From Pseudomonadota bacterium (GTDB lineage: Bacteria; Pseudomonadota; Gammaproteobacteria; Burkholderiales; Burkholderiaceae_D): a DNA stretch of 60,643 bases. The notes beneath the pieces are model-generated. The model was not told the origin of the DNA and searched no databases. It saw only the letters and a list, made by a program, of their open reading frames with translations. Shown piece by piece: positions 8,289 to 21,449 of the stretch (its first letter is position 1; each line of letters opens with the position of its first letter). Position numbers and translations under genes: made by a program. The stretch lies in the NCBI GenBank assembly GCA_040390685.1, contig JAZJYB010000067.1, positions 10,375-71,017 on the forward strand. The letters are read 5' to 3'.

Positions 8289-8334
8289 TTCTATCCTTAC
8301 GTCCATATTCAATTACATTGAGGCTCGTGCGACA

Positions 8335-9555
8335 CTAGCGAACCAACTGGTTAATTTCAATAATCGGCATCAGCACTGCCAACACGATCAGTAAGACTAC
8401 GACACCCATTGCCAGAATTAATGCAGGCTCAAGCAAGCCTGCAATCGTCAGCGCACGTCGCTCAAGATCTTGTTCCTGTGCATTCGATGCGCGCTCTAGC
8501 ATCGCAGGCAATTCACCAGTGACTTCACCGGCACGTATCATATGGATTAGCATGGGCGGGAAATGTTTGTGCGCTGACAAAGCTCTTGCCAAGCCCACAC
8601 CTTCCCGCACGCTTGCTGTTGCTTCTTCAACCTGCGCGCGCATCGCCACATTGGAGAGCGTTTCGCGACTGGTTTGCAAGGCACGCAAGATAGGCACGCC
8701 AGAACCAGTAGTAATTGCCAGAGTGCTGGCGAACCGGGCAGTGTTTAAACTACGCTCAAACTTGCCGTAAAGTGGTGCAGTCAGTAACCACGTGTGCCAA
8801 CGCATCTTTATTTCTGGTGTCTTCAGAGCATGGCGCCAGCCCGTAAAAGCGGCTATAACAGCTAATGCAACTAGCCAACCGTATTGCCTGACAAAATCGG
8901 AAATTGCCAACATCATGACCGTCAGCAAAGGCAGTTTTTGTTTGGTATTGGCGAACACAGAAACAATCTGCGGCACGACGTAGGTCAACAAAAATATCAC
9001 GATAGAAAAAGCCACGACGGTCACGATAGCCGGATAGGTAAAAGCCAGCTTGACTTTTTGCACCAGTGCATTGCGTCGTTCTATATAATCGGCAAGACGT
9101 GACAAGACGCGCGATAAATGGCCAATCTGTTCGCCAGATGCAACTAGGGCGCAGTAGATATCGGCAAAGTCATTCGGATGCTGTTTAAGTGCATCGGACA
9201 AGGCAGAACCAGCAATCACTTCTGAACGAATCGAAGCGATCAGGTCACGTATATACACACGCTCTGACTGTTCGAGCAGGGCAGAAAGCGATTGTTCTAA
9301 CGGCAAGCCAGCTTCAAGCAAACTGGCTAATTGACGCGTGAATAAAGCCGACTCTACTGTCGTCAGATGTTCGCCAAAAAGACTGCGCCGTTTTTTGCCA
9401 TCCGCGTCCATTTGATTGGCAATCAGTTCTACCGACACTGGCACACAACCTTGAGCACGCAAATCTGCCCGCGCAGCGCGAGCGCTATCCGCGGTGAGGA
9501 CACCTTTCTTGTTTATACCGCTATCGTCAACGGCTTCATATCGAAATGCTGGCAC
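8335..9555 (-). CDS. gspF: Type II secretion inner-membrane protein F
   Basis: MPAFRYEA, FTRQLASLLEAGLPL, AGEVTGEL. Confidence 0.95.
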   Translation of the reverse strand: MPAFRYEAVDDSGINKKGVLTADSARAARADLRAQGCVPVSVELIANQMDADGKKRRSLFGEHLTTVESALFTRQLASLLEAGLPLEQSLSALLEQSERVYIRDLIASIRSEVIAGSALSDALKQHPNDFADIYCALVASGEQIGHLSRVLSRLADYIERRNALVQKVKLAFTYPAIVTVVAFSIVIFLLTYVVPQIVSVFANTKQKLPLLTVMMLAISDFVRQYGWLVALAVIAAFTGWRHALKTPEIKMRWHTWLLTAPLYGKFERSLNTARFASTLAITTGSGVPILRALQTSRETLSNVAMRAQVEEATASVREGVGLARALSAHKHFPPMLIHMIRAGEVTGELPAMLERASNAQEQDLERRALTIAGLLEPALILAMGVVVLLIVLAVLMPIIEINQLVR

Positions 9556-9662
9556 TGTTCTGAACTCTCGGTTTTCTAAATTTTTTCTAAACTACTTGTG
9601 CAATTGCGCGCTTGTGAATTGGTTAGTTGGTGAGCGGCTATCTCGTTATTTGTTAAGAACGT

Positions 9663-11093
9663 TTACGCTTTGGTGACACGCAATATTTCTTCTTGCGTAG
9701 TGATACCAGCTTTGAGCCAACGATCACCATCTTCCCGCATAGTCTTCATGCCATCGAGTTGTGCCGCATTACGAATTTCAGCCTCGGCAGCCTGGTGATG
9801 AATTTGTGAGCGAATTGCTTCGGTCGTATGGAGCAATTCATACACGCCTACCCGACCTTGATATCCAGTCTGGCCGCAATGCTCGCAGCCTTCGGCATGC
9901 CAACGTTCGCCGTCAAATCGTTTGCAATGCGCGCACAATTTTCGCACCAGACGTTGTGCCACTACACCAAGCAGGGATGAAGAAAGCAAGAACGGTTCTA
10001 TCCCCATATCCAATAGACGTGTAACCGCTGCGGCCGAGTCATTGGTATGCAAAGTAGCCAACACCAAGTGACCGGTGAGCGAAGCCTGCACCGCAATTTG
10101 TGCGGTTTCGAGATCGCGGATTTCACCTATCATGATCACGTCAGGATCTTGCCGCAATATCGCCCGCAATGCCTTCGCAAAAGTCATGTCGATCTTGGCA
10201 TTGACTTGGGTCTGGCCAACTCCCGCCAGTTCATATTCGATAGGATCTTCTACTGTCAAAATATTTGTGGTACCGGCATTCACCCTGGATAATGCCGCAT
10301 ACAAAGTCGTTGTTTTACCGGAACCAGTTGGCCCGGTCACCAAGACGATGCCATGCGGTTGCGCGATTAATTGATCGAACTGCTGCAAGACCTCACCGCT
10401 CATCCCCAGGTGGCTCAGGTCAAGCTTACCTGCCTCTTTATCGAGCAAACGCAATACCGCGCGCTCTCCATGCCCGGTCGGCAAAGTGGATACCCGCACA
10501 TCCACCGGCTTGCCGCCGATACGTAAAGTGATCCGTCCATCCTGCGGCAGACGTTTCTCGGCAATATCAAGCTGCGCCATGATTTTAATACGAGAAATCA
10601 AGGAAGCATGCAGGGCTTTTTTAGGCCGAATAACATCACGCAAGGCGCCATCAATCCGGAAGCGTACGACAGATATTTGTTCAAACGGTTCTATGTGAAT
10701 ATCCGATGCACCCTCACGCAAAGCCTGCGTCAACAAGGCGTTAATCATGCGAATTACCGGCGCATCATCGGCTGACTCCAACAGATCTTCGATCGCCGGC
10801 ATGTCCTGCATCATCTTCGCCAGATCCAGATCGGATTCAACCTCGCCCACTACGTCAGCGGCATCACCGCCAGAACCGGCATAGGCTTTGGCAATCTCGA
10901 GCAACAGTTCGGCATGCGGCAAAACTTTCAGTTTCACCATACCGAATCGTCGTCCCACCTCTGCGATGGCTGTGGGGCTGGTCTCTTTCGATACAGTCAA
11001 TTCAATTTGCGACCGTTCACCATCCAGATTGCGGCTCGCAAGAACCGAAAAGTCGCGGGCGAAAGCGTAAGGTAATAAGCGGTTTTCTAACAT
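9663..11093 (-). CDS. gspE: Type II secretion ATPase E
   Basis: ASDIHIEP, GPTGSGKTT, LRQDPDVIMIGEIRD, CxxC pairs. Confidence 0.95.
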   Translation of the reverse strand: MLENRLLPYAFARDFSVLASRNLDGERSQIELTVSKETSPTAIAEVGRRFGMVKLKVLPHAELLLEIAKAYAGSGGDAADVVGEVESDLDLAKMMQDMPAIEDLLESADDAPVIRMINALLTQALREGASDIHIEPFEQISVVRFRIDGALRDVIRPKKALHASLISRIKIMAQLDIAEKRLPQDGRITLRIGGKPVDVRVSTLPTGHGERAVLRLLDKEAGKLDLSHLGMSGEVLQQFDQLIAQPHGIVLVTGPTGSGKTTTLYAALSRVNAGTTNILTVEDPIEYELAGVGQTQVNAKIDMTFAKALRAILRQDPDVIMIGEIRDLETAQIAVQASLTGHLVLATLHTNDSAAAVTRLLDMGIEPFLLSSSLLGVVAQRLVRKLCAHCKRFDGERWHAEGCEHCGQTGYQGRVGVYELLHTTEAIRSQIHHQAAEAEIRNAAQLDGMKTMREDGDRWLKAGITTQEEILRVTKA

Positions 11094-11098
11094 GCTGA

Positions 11099-13282
11099 TT
11101 ACTTAGGCTCCGTGCTGTCGGTTTTGGTTTTTTCTGAAGGCGCGCTCGAAGTTGAGTTCATCAAGTTACCTTTTTCCATTTTCGTTGGAAAATCCGCAGC
11201 CCCATTTTCTGTGCTCTGAATGTACTGCGCTTTTAGAAAATCATATCTATCCAAGGAGACTTTATTCGCTTGTTCCGCAGTACGGATAACTGTTGGACGA
11301 ATGAACACCATCAGATTTTTTTTATCAAGCGATTTGGTTTGATATTTAAACAAATTGCCTATGAGAGGTATATCTCCAAGAAGTGGAATTTTTTCAACTG
11401 CGCTACTAGACGTATTATCAATCAAGCCACCTAAGGCAATGATATCGCCGTCATCAACCAGCACATTTGTTGAAATTGAGCGTTGGCTTGTAGTAGGCCC
11501 GGACGAACCGGTTTCTTTCACTTTTGAAACTTCCTGATAAATAGAAAGTTTAACAGTTCCACCTTCCGATATTTGCGGCTTGATCGTCAACTTAATACCC
11601 ACATCCTTACGGTCTATCGTCTGAAAGGGATTTGCACCTGTTGTTCCCGCCTGTGAAAATGAGCCAGTGAGAAAAGGCACGTTTTCACCTACAACAATTT
11701 TTGCTTCCTCATTGTCGAGCGTCAGCAAGGTTGGTATGGATAACACGTTGTTACTATCATCGCGAGCCATTGCATGTGCCAGAGCTCCCAAACCTAACTG
11801 ACTACCGATCTGCTTGAAAAGACCCACTGTCAAGCCTGCGGTTGGCAAGGCAGAGCCAAGCGTCGCATAATTTTTTGCAGCAAGATTAAACAAACCGTTG
11901 CCGTTCGCGTCAAACGATGTGCCGCCAGCTACGCGGTAATCACTATCCTTATTACCAGTAGCAGCCATCCATTGGATACCAAAATCCTGTGCATTTTTTG
12001 GCGACACTTCGACGATCAATGCCTCCACATAAACTTGTGCACGACGGGCATCCAACTGATCAATCACGCCACGCAAATTTTTATACACGGCCTCACTGGC
12101 GGTAATGATTAATGTATTGGTAGCTGCATCGGCTTGAATAAAGCCACCGCCAGCACCTGAAGATTGAGAATTGCCCGACGAGCCGCTCGATGAGTTACCG
12201 GGTAAACTTAGGCTCGCAGAAGCGTTGTTTGAGCTGACATCTTTCGCTTGATTTAAGGTCAAACCGCCAGATTGATTGCCGCCAGAGCCAGAACCACCGC
12301 TAGTCGGTAGTGCACTATCTGAGCTGAGAATCGAACGTAGCGTTTGCGCCAACTTTACCGCCTCGGCATTCTTCAAATACACGACGTGCACGTTACCCGC
12401 CAAGGCTGTGGGTTGGTCGAGCTTATCGATGAGTGCTTTGACTAAATTTGCACGAGCGGCAGATGGAGCTTTCACCAAAACAGAATTTGTCCGAGGATCG
12501 GCCAATAAAATCATGCGTCCGCTATCGCCTGCGCCAGCCTGATTGCTGTCCGTCAGGCGCGACACCATCGTAGCGATATCACTAGCGATGGCATGCTTGA
12601 TCGGCACCACTTCAAGATCGTTGTTTGCTGGCACGTCTAGTGCACCGATAATTTTACCTAGCCGCTTTAAATTGTCTGCGTAATCCGTAATGACAATAGA
12701 GTTATTTCCAGGATTAGCATTGATCGTATTATTCGGTGAGATTAATGGCCGTAAAACGGTCACAATATTATTCGCCAATTCGTAATTCAAACGATAAATT
12801 TGGGTAGCGATTTGATCGCCACGCACAGACTCGCTTTGCGTTGGGCCCGCCTGCAATTTGGCATCCGCTTCCGGTACAACTTTGGTGTAGCCGTCAGCGG
12901 TGACGATGGCATAACCTTGCAGACGCAAACTCGATGCCAGTAATTTAAACGCCTGATCTTTAGTCAAAGGTTTTTCTGACACCAGATTAATCTGCCCCTT
13001 GACGCGCGGGTCAATAATAAAAGTATTTCCGGTAAAATGGCCGATTGCCTTGACCACTGATTCAATATCGGCACCAACAAAATTGAGCGCCGCCGCATTC
13101 TGCGTGGGATCTTGCGCATAGGCAGCGCTCGAAACGACAACGCTGGTGCCCAAGCTAAGGCTCAGTAGCGCCACAGCAGACTTTCGTCGCCATTGTTGTG
13201 CTTGCATAGCCTGCGTAGTTTGCATAAGTGATACAGTTATTGCTGTCATGGCTGGTATTACTTTCAATGGATTTTTTATCAT
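11099..13282 (-). CDS. gspD: Type II secretion secretin D
   Basis: LNFVGADI N0 domain, QVYVEALIVEV, KIPLLGDIPLIGNLF; start uncertain. Confidence 0.95.
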   Translation of the reverse strand: MIKNPLKVIPAMTAITVSLMQTTQAMQAQQWRRKSAVALLSLSLGTSVVVSSAAYAQDPTQNAAALNFVGADIESVVKAIGHFTGNTFIIDPRVKGQINLVSEKPLTKDQAFKLLASSLRLQGYAIVTADGYTKVVPEADAKLQAGPTQSESVRGDQIATQIYRLNYELANNIVTVLRPLISPNNTINANPGNNSIVITDYADNLKRLGKIIGALDVPANNDLEVVPIKHAIASDIATMVSRLTDSNQAGAGDSGRMILLADPRTNSVLVKAPSAARANLVKALIDKLDQPTALAGNVHVVYLKNAEAVKLAQTLRSILSSDSALPTSGGSGSGGNQSGGLTLNQAKDVSSNNASASLSLPGNSSSGSSGNSQSSGAGGGFIQADAATNTLIITASEAVYKNLRGVIDQLDARRAQVYVEALIVEVSPKNAQDFGIQWMAATGNKDSDYRVAGGTSFDANGNGLFNLAAKNYATLGSALPTAGLTVGLFKQIGSQLGLGALAHAMARDDSNNVLSIPTLLTLDNEEAKIVVGENVPFLTGSFSQAGTTGANPFQTIDRKDVGIKLTIKPQISEGGTVKLSIYQEVSKVKETGSSGPTTSQRSISTNVLVDDGDIIALGGLIDNTSSSAVEKIPLLGDIPLIGNLFKYQTKSLDKKNLMVFIRPTVIRTAEQANKVSLDRYDFLKAQYIQSTENGAADFPTKMEKGNLMNSTSSAPSEKTKTDSTEPK

Positions 13283-14058
13283 TTGAACTCTAACGCTATC
13301 ACATCTTTATCGCCGTCTCTACGACGTTGCCCAAGCAAATTGAGTAAATTTGCTAACCGTTCTTCTTGCCCTACCTCAGCAAACGCTTTACCAGAAAACT
13401 GAAAACGTCCGCTGTTTATACTGCCATTTCCACTCAACATCATCGGACCTTTATTGGTCGTCAAAATAATATCTGCATTTTGACCACGCCAATCAAATGA
13501 CAGTTGATAACTGCCTAGCGGTTTAATCGACGAGAGCCTTGAAGCCATATCATTCAGAGACAATTGCATGGTTCCCGTCACATCCACTTTATCTGCATAG
13601 CGGGTAAATTCCATTGCGTTCCAATTCAACCTCAATTGCCCGGTTGGCCCCACTGTATTGAGTGGTGCGCCCAAGGCTTCCAGTCGCTCCGGAGGTAAAA
13701 ACATACTAGCTGCCGCCAGATGCCATTGACTTAAATTTCCTGTCAATTTTAACGGTTGCGAAAGTACTTTTGAATTCTCTAACTTTACGTCAATCTGGCC
13801 CAATAAAACAATCGGTGAAATATGCCAGGAAAACCGGCCAGGGAACAAAGGAGTAACCGGTCCACTACTGCCGGAAGCGCCGCCAATAAATGCTGATCCA
13901 CGCCAAAAACTTCCTTGTACATCACCTAAACTTAGTCTGCCCTCAGTCTGCTTTTCCAATAGCAATGCTAACCAACTCGCTGGCAGAAAAATAAGCGCCG
14001 TTGCTATTACACTGAGAATGGCAAACAACGCCCAAACTAAGCCCGTTTTTTTTGACAT
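13279..14058 (-). CDS. gspN: Type II secretion protein N
   Basis: LPASWL, GSFWRGSA; position in cluster. Confidence 0.85.
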   Translation of the reverse strand: MSKKTGLVWALFAILSVIATALIFLPASWLALLLEKQTEGRLSLGDVQGSFWRGSAFIGGASGSSGPVTPLFPGRFSWHISPIVLLGQIDVKLENSKVLSQPLKLTGNLSQWHLAAASMFLPPERLEALGAPLNTVGPTGQLRLNWNAMEFTRYADKVDVTGTMQLSLNDMASRLSSIKPLGSYQLSFDWRGQNADIILTTNKGPMMLSGNGSINSGRFQFSGKAFAEVGQEERLANLLNLLGQRRRDGDKDVIALEFK

Positions 14059-14059
14059 A

Positions 14060-14572
14060 TCAAGAAGCGGCCTTCTGCTGCTTCATTGTCAGCACCACAC
14101 CAACCTGGCCTTTTTCTGGCAAGGCGGTCAGCTTCGCTTCCTCCACAGTAAGTCGCGCAGCCTTTTGCATTTCTAGCATCCACTCCATGATTACGCTATA
14201 AGCAACACTGCTTATTTGCAAGCGCACGATATCGTCGGAGGCAGTCATGGATTGTGCCTTGATGCCCTTGCGCAGTAAAGATGCCTCCAATACTTCACGG
14301 CTTACCGGCTCTATATTTTCTGTTATCGCTGTTGCGATTTGAGCGTATTGCCCCGACATCGCGGCCATCTCACTTACTTGCAGTCGCAATTGCGGAATTG
14401 AAGCTTCTAGTTTTGCCTTATTTGTCAGTGCTGGATTGATAAAAATCCAGTAAATCAAGGCAAATAATACAATCACCGTCGCGATGCTTAGCAAGCGACG
14501 TTCTTTCGCATTTCGTTGTTGCCAAAAAGAGGCAAAGCTTTCAGCTATCAAGTTCATCATGTTCTGCTTCAT
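14060..14572 (-). CDS. gspM: Type II secretion protein M
   Basis: FWQQRNAKERRLL followed by TM. Confidence 0.85.
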   Translation of the reverse strand: MKQNMMNLIAESFASFWQQRNAKERRLLSIATVIVLFALIYWIFINPALTNKAKLEASIPQLRLQVSEMAAMSGQYAQIATAITENIEPVSREVLEASLLRKGIKAQSMTASDDIVRLQISSVAYSVIMEWMLEMQKAARLTVEEAKLTALPEKGQVGVVLTMKQQKAAS

Positions 14573-15861
14573 TTTTTATCCCCTCGGCTAGACTTGATTT
14601 GCAATACACCATCTGCTGACGAGACCAAGCTCAACAGATGTTCTTGCAGGCCGGCACGTAGCTGATCCATTGGTAACAAGTTAGAGGATTTAATTTTAAC
14701 AAACAGGCTGTGCTCGCGATATTCCATCGACACTACCGACGGTGCGGCTGGTTTGCCAGCGATTGCGGCATCCCACACTTGTCCGAATTGTGCCGCCAAC
14801 ACCAGAAAATCTTGCGGTGTCGATTGCCCGGCAATTTTTTTTGATAAATTTATTTTTTGCTGCATTTGCGCCAGCGGATCAAGAATCACGCTGTCTTTAG
14901 GAAAACTGCTGCGATAGGTTTGCAACAGCGAGTCGCTTAAGCCCTGCGCCTCACGCTTCAAGGAAAGCCATTGAAAGTTGAGCCCGGCGAGATTTAGTAT
15001 CAGAGCAGCGGCGGCTAAACCTAATGGCCAACGCCACTTACTCCAATCAAAGGAGGATTGATTATCGTGTGACACGGAAGACATCAAGTCAATTGAGGTC
15101 GGGCTGATTCCTGCTATCCGGGCATTCCAATCGATAACGTGGAATTGGCAACGCTGCGCCAAAGTTTCGTCTTTTTCTGCCGCTTGCTGATAAGTCGCGA
15201 TTGTTTCAGCTGACAGAGACAGCTTCAGGCTCGACTCCATCGCAAACAAATTTAAGGTCTGCAATACCTGCTGTGCATTTTCCAGCGATGAAGCGCCGTT
15301 GCTTTCTTGATTAAGCGTCAGACCTGCGCCAATTTGTCCATCTCGACGAAAAGCCAATTCAGTTACGTGCGCATCAGTATCAATGATGACAGCCAGAGCG
15401 TCTGGCTCAGTTTTCATGCTCATTGAGAGCGAATACGCTGTCAGTTTTCTTGCTTCCAGAATCTGCATTTTTGCATGCAAAGTTTCCATCCACAATCTAT
15501 CGACTACAGCGATAGTGCAGACTCCATTAACTGGCGCATTAGAAAGCAAAATGAGTTCAGCTGGATCGGCGAGTAGCTGATCTTCTATCAGGTTGGGTAA
15601 TGCCGCCTTAAGTTTAGCGGCTGACATCGGCGGTACTTTTACCGGGATCAAACTCACGTCGCTGGCTGCCAACAGCAAAACCACTTGACGAGCGTTCGTT
15701 GCCAATTCTTTGAGATCGGGCAAACTTTGCTGCCCCTTCTGTACAACGCCGCCTTCATCAGAAATGAGCGCGAACTGAAGTGCGTGTTTCGCCCAATCCG
15801 CCAGCTCAAGTTCAAACGCGAGCGCTTTTGAAGGTAACAGTATGTACAGTGTGCTCGCCAT
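14569..15861 (-). CDS. gspL: Type II secretion protein L
   Basis: KLKAALPNLIEDQL cytoplasmic domain, TM, periplasmic domain. Confidence 0.9.
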   Translation of the reverse strand: MASTLYILLPSKALAFELELADWAKHALQFALISDEGGVVQKGQQSLPDLKELATNARQVVLLLAASDVSLIPVKVPPMSAAKLKAALPNLIEDQLLADPAELILLSNAPVNGVCTIAVVDRLWMETLHAKMQILEARKLTAYSLSMSMKTEPDALAVIIDTDAHVTELAFRRDGQIGAGLTLNQESNGASSLENAQQVLQTLNLFAMESSLKLSLSAETIATYQQAAEKDETLAQRCQFHVIDWNARIAGISPTSIDLMSSVSHDNQSSFDWSKWRWPLGLAAAALILNLAGLNFQWLSLKREAQGLSDSLLQTYRSSFPKDSVILDPLAQMQQKINLSKKIAGQSTPQDFLVLAAQFGQVWDAAIAGKPAAPSVVSMEYREHSLFVKIKSSNLLPMDQLRAGLQEHLLSLVSSADGVLQIKSSRGDKK

Positions 15862-15932
15862 ATTCTTTTTATGCCTTTGATCGAATCTAAAAAATACTAT
15901 TGCTTATTAAAATGAAGTGCGGAAATAGAGCA

Positions 15933-16973
15933 TTAATTTTCTCTTACCCACAACACTTTTGTTGCTATTTGAGTGCGCTCCAGCAAAGCATTCACTTCCA
16001 GCGCAGATCGACTTAATTTAACTTTTCCGTTAACAAAAAAATAGCCAGTCGAGACAGAAACATTGTCCTTATTTGCGCCGATTTTTTCCGGAAAACGGTG
16101 TTCAAAATCAGTTAAATCGCGAAAATATGCCCGGTCACGCCCCGCCACTATCAAGGCTGCATCAGTTAGACTGATATTTAATCTTGCTGCAAGTACTTCT
16201 TTTGAGGTCGTATTGAGATTGATGCTGCTCTTAAACGGTAGCACAGCAACAAAGTCTTTTAGCCGCAACACCATTTCCGGCGTAAAGCCGGGCACGGCCA
16301 AAAGATCGTCAATTTGACTAAAACGCAGGAATTGTACTTCAGGATTGGCCTGTACTGACACACTCTTTGGTGTAACGCCAGCTGCGGCCGCTGCGCTAGC
16401 GGACGAGGCATCTGAGGCTACCACCACGCCAGAAGCAGGCTTCTCGCCAGAACTACCTGCACCCACTCCCACGACATCAGACGCACTTTGCGTGGAGGCG
16501 ACCATAGCTGCCACTCTTTTGGCCAAAGAGCCATCCATGCGAAGGTTCACCAGCAAACGTGAAAACATCGCAATTTCGGTGAGATTCGGCACCCCGGCAG
16601 CTGATAAATTATTTAAATTAAAACGCGATTGTGCATCGGTAATTTGGCCAGAAAGGCTGGCTTCACTTTCATCGGTATCGCTTTTACCGTTTTCTACGTA
16701 TTGATCCAGGTGAGTTTCGCCCAAAGTGACGGCCCAAGGCTCGCCTAAATGATCAACGCCTTGAGAAGTTCTTAAATCTTCACGCAAGATCAGTCTTGCC
16801 CAATCCAAAGCACCGCGCAAGATCCATTTTTTTTGCAATTGAAAACGTTGATTTTCAATCGATCTGACTTGCACTTGTTGTTGCCAAAAAAGACTGGCGA
16901 CTATGGTAATCGCCAACGTGGTCAGCAACAGCGCGGTGACAACTGCAACTCCAGCTTGATGATATTTTTTCAT
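15933..16973 (-). CDS. gspK: Minor pseudopilin K
   Basis: GVAVVTALL, DHLGEPWA, DAQSRFNLNNL, INLNT. Confidence 0.9.
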   Translation of the reverse strand: MKKYHQAGVAVVTALLLTTLAITIVASLFWQQQVQVRSIENQRFQLQKKWILRGALDWARLILREDLRTSQGVDHLGEPWAVTLGETHLDQYVENGKSDTDESEASLSGQITDAQSRFNLNNLSAAGVPNLTEIAMFSRLLVNLRMDGSLAKRVAAMVASTQSASDVVGVGAGSSGEKPASGVVVASDASSASAAAAAGVTPKSVSVQANPEVQFLRFSQIDDLLAVPGFTPEMVLRLKDFVAVLPFKSSINLNTTSKEVLAARLNISLTDAALIVAGRDRAYFRDLTDFEHRFPEKIGANKDNVSVSTGYFFVNGKVKLSRSALEVNALLERTQIATKVLWVREN

Positions 16974-17632
16974 GCCGCGCCCAATAAAAATATTTTAAGT
17001 AATGGGTGCTCGCGACCGCGCAATTGCATTGAGACTTCTAAGCCAGTTTTCAAAGGCGCGGATTTGGTTGGTGACGCGCTCGCAGATCCGCTGGCATCGG
17101 ATGCGATATCGCTACCGGCGACGCGCCAGGTACTTTCATCATTGTTCCAGGTACGCATATCGAACGATACTATGTTCGACTGCAATTCAACCACTGGCAT
17201 GGTATCGCTTTCATTGAGCGCGTTTTGCCAATCAGCATCGAGCACTTTCATGTCGCGCGTGGCATTCGACTCGCGACGACTCAAGATACCTTCAACCACC
17301 CGATAGGCGACCACTTGTAATCGACTCGGTTGATTATCTTCATACACAGTACGTATCATGACGAGTCTCTGTTGTGCGGCACGCAGGCTCTCATGCGTAG
17401 CCAGCAAATTTACCCCGGCCAGATGCGCGCAATCATTTTCGAGTTGTGCAAAACTGATTTGCGTGCCTCTGGTTTGCTCCAGCTCCGCAGTCAGGCTAAC
17501 CCGTGCCCTGACTATGCTATCGAGCCCACGCCAGCCCAAGACGGCGATAATGGCGAGTATAGAAATGGCGACCAAGAGCTCGATCAAGGTAAAACCAAAT
17601 GCCGATATGTGCCGAAGTTTGCTAGAGCGCAT
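16970..17632 (-). CDS. gspJ: Minor pseudopilin J
   Basis: GFTLIELLVA prepilin motif; cluster position. Confidence 0.9.
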   Translation of the reverse strand: MRSSKLRHISAFGFTLIELLVAISILAIIAVLGWRGLDSIVRARVSLTAELEQTRGTQISFAQLENDCAHLAGVNLLATHESLRAAQQRLVMIRTVYEDNQPSRLQVVAYRVVEGILSRRESNATRDMKVLDADWQNALNESDTMPVVELQSNIVSFDMRTWNNDESTWRVAGSDIASDASGSASASPTKSAPLKTGLEVSMQLRGREHPLLKIFLLGAA

Positions 17633-18020
17633 GTGGCACGACCTGAGTCAATTTAACGATACGCCTATCCGGATGTGCGGCTTCAAAAACATACACTTCT
17701 ACTCGTTTGAAGGACGGATTCGGCGTACCCAAAACATGTTCTTCACAAATCAGGTTCAGCTCACCTTGTGGACAGGGAAAACTTCTTTCACCAAGAGATG
17801 GCCATTCTTGCCCTAATCGAATTTGCGATAAACGATTTTCCGCCGACCAGCTTGCCATCATCGCCGCACGTAAATCACCACTATTTTGCGTCAGACTTCC
17901 CACCGCCCGCAAACTCGCACCTAAAGCGGTACCAACAATGACCAGGGCAACCAAGACTTCAAGTAGAGTAAAACCTCTGGAAGAATATTTGCGCGAAGGA
18001 AAAAATGAATTTAATGGCAT
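17622..18020 (-). CDS. gspI: Minor pseudopilin I
   Basis: GFTLLEVLVAL, WSAENRL. Confidence 0.9.
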   Translation of the reverse strand: MPLNSFFPSRKYSSRGFTLLEVLVALVIVGTALGASLRAVGSLTQNSGDLRAAMMASWSAENRLSQIRLGQEWPSLGERSFPCPQGELNLICEEHVLGTPNPSFKRVEVYVFEAAHPDRRIVKLTQVVPHAL

Positions 18021-18027
18021 CGAGAGC

Positions 18028-18546
18028 TCACTCAACCACAAAATGACCGACACCATCGGCACGAATAGAAACGTGATCTTCGCCCGCAGACAAGTCAAGC
18101 AAAAATGGTTTATCCACAGGTTCACGACCGAATACGATACGCAAACTATCGGTATCAGAACGAGTGACTGGTGTCATAGCAAAAGTAATGGGGGACACGG
18201 AAAAATCACGTTCACGCAACATATCAAGGTCATTAATGAGTTCCCATCGATTATCGTTACGAACCAAAAAATGGTAACTATTTTGATTCGCCTCGAATGC
18301 GGTTGGGCGATTACGCACGATCGCCTCCTCCCGCGCCAATTGAAGTAAAAGCGCAATGCGCTGCACATCGGTGAGCAAACGCTGGCGACTGCTTTGCATG
18401 GTACTGAAGGAGACTGCACCTAACATGATGCCGATAATCACCAACACCACCAAGAGCTCAAGCAAGGTGAATCCACGCAGCCGATTAAGTCTATTAAAAG
18501 TACCCACGCGTAGCATTTGAGCGCAGTGTTTTATTAAAGATCCCAC
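18028..18546 (-). CDS. gspH: Minor pseudopilin H
   Basis: GFTLLELLVVL; start uncertain. Confidence 0.85.
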   Translation of the reverse strand: MGSLIKHCAQMLRVGTFNRLNRLRGFTLLELLVVLVIIGIMLGAVSFSTMQSSRQRLLTDVQRIALLLQLAREEAIVRNRPTAFEANQNSYHFLVRNDNRWELINDLDMLRERDFSVSPITFAMTPVTRSDTDSLRIVFGREPVDKPFLLDLSAGEDHVSIRADGVGHFVVE

Positions 18547-19010
18547 GAACCGATATCAGCATCGTCAGCAGCACCACCAGGAAGACCATCTGCACCTAAA
18601 GAAAAAATATCAACCTCGCCCTTGATACCTGGAGATAAAAATTGATATGGATTGCCCCATGGATCTTTAGGTAGTTTATCGACATAGCCACCAGTTTTCC
18701 AGCCATTCGCAGAAGGTCCGGAAGTTGGTTTAGCAATCAAGGCCTGCAATCCTTGTTCCGTACTTGGGTAATGCATATTGTCGAGCTTGTACAACTTCAA
18801 AGCGCCCATCATCGTTGAGATATCTTGTTTTGCTGCAACGATACGCGCATCGCCTGTGCGCCCCATTAACTTTGGCACGACTAAAGCCGCAAGTATGCCC
18901 ATGATAACGACCACGACCATGATTTCAATCAAAGTAAAACCACGGTTGCGACGAGAAATCATCTCGTTAAGATTGCTTGAGGAATGAGGTGATTGGCTAA
19001 ATTTGTTCAT
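18534..19010 (-). CDS. gspG: Major pseudopilin G
   Basis: GFTLIEIMVVVVI, YKLDN, LPKDPWGNPY. Confidence 0.95.
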   Translation of the reverse strand: MNKFSQSPHSSSNLNEMISRRNRGFTLIEIMVVVVIMGILAALVVPKLMGRTGDARIVAAKQDISTMMGALKLYKLDNMHYPSTEQGLQALIAKPTSGPSANGWKTGGYVDKLPKDPWGNPYQFLSPGIKGEVDIFSLGADGLPGGAADDADIGSWDL

Positions 19011-19202
19011 AAAAAAAATAAAAAGTACGCTAATTTCATAAAAAATCAGCAAAAATTGTCAGGTGGAAATCCTAGCACGAAACACGCCTTCCGTTTCCAC
19101 TATCTACCGCCATGTAAATATATAACATTTTCCGCAGCACCAACGATTATTCATGATTGAGCGCATAAAGTATTCTCATTTGCACATTGGCTTAAATCGG
19201 AT

Positions 19203-19236
19203 AAAAAAAAGCCCCTCTCAGAATGAGAGAGGCTTT
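19203..19236 (-). terminator. Intrinsic terminator of the M4 protease gene
   Basis: Minus strand aaagcctctctca/tgagaggggc stem followed by T8. Confidence 0.8.
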
Positions 19237-19253
19237 CAGATCAAGAGCGATAA

Positions 19254-21449
<2,196 letters not shown>

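Noticed and set aside
12160-12330. Ser/Gly-rich low-complexity stretch in gspD
   Set aside because: Usual disordered loop in the N3 domain of T2SS secretins.
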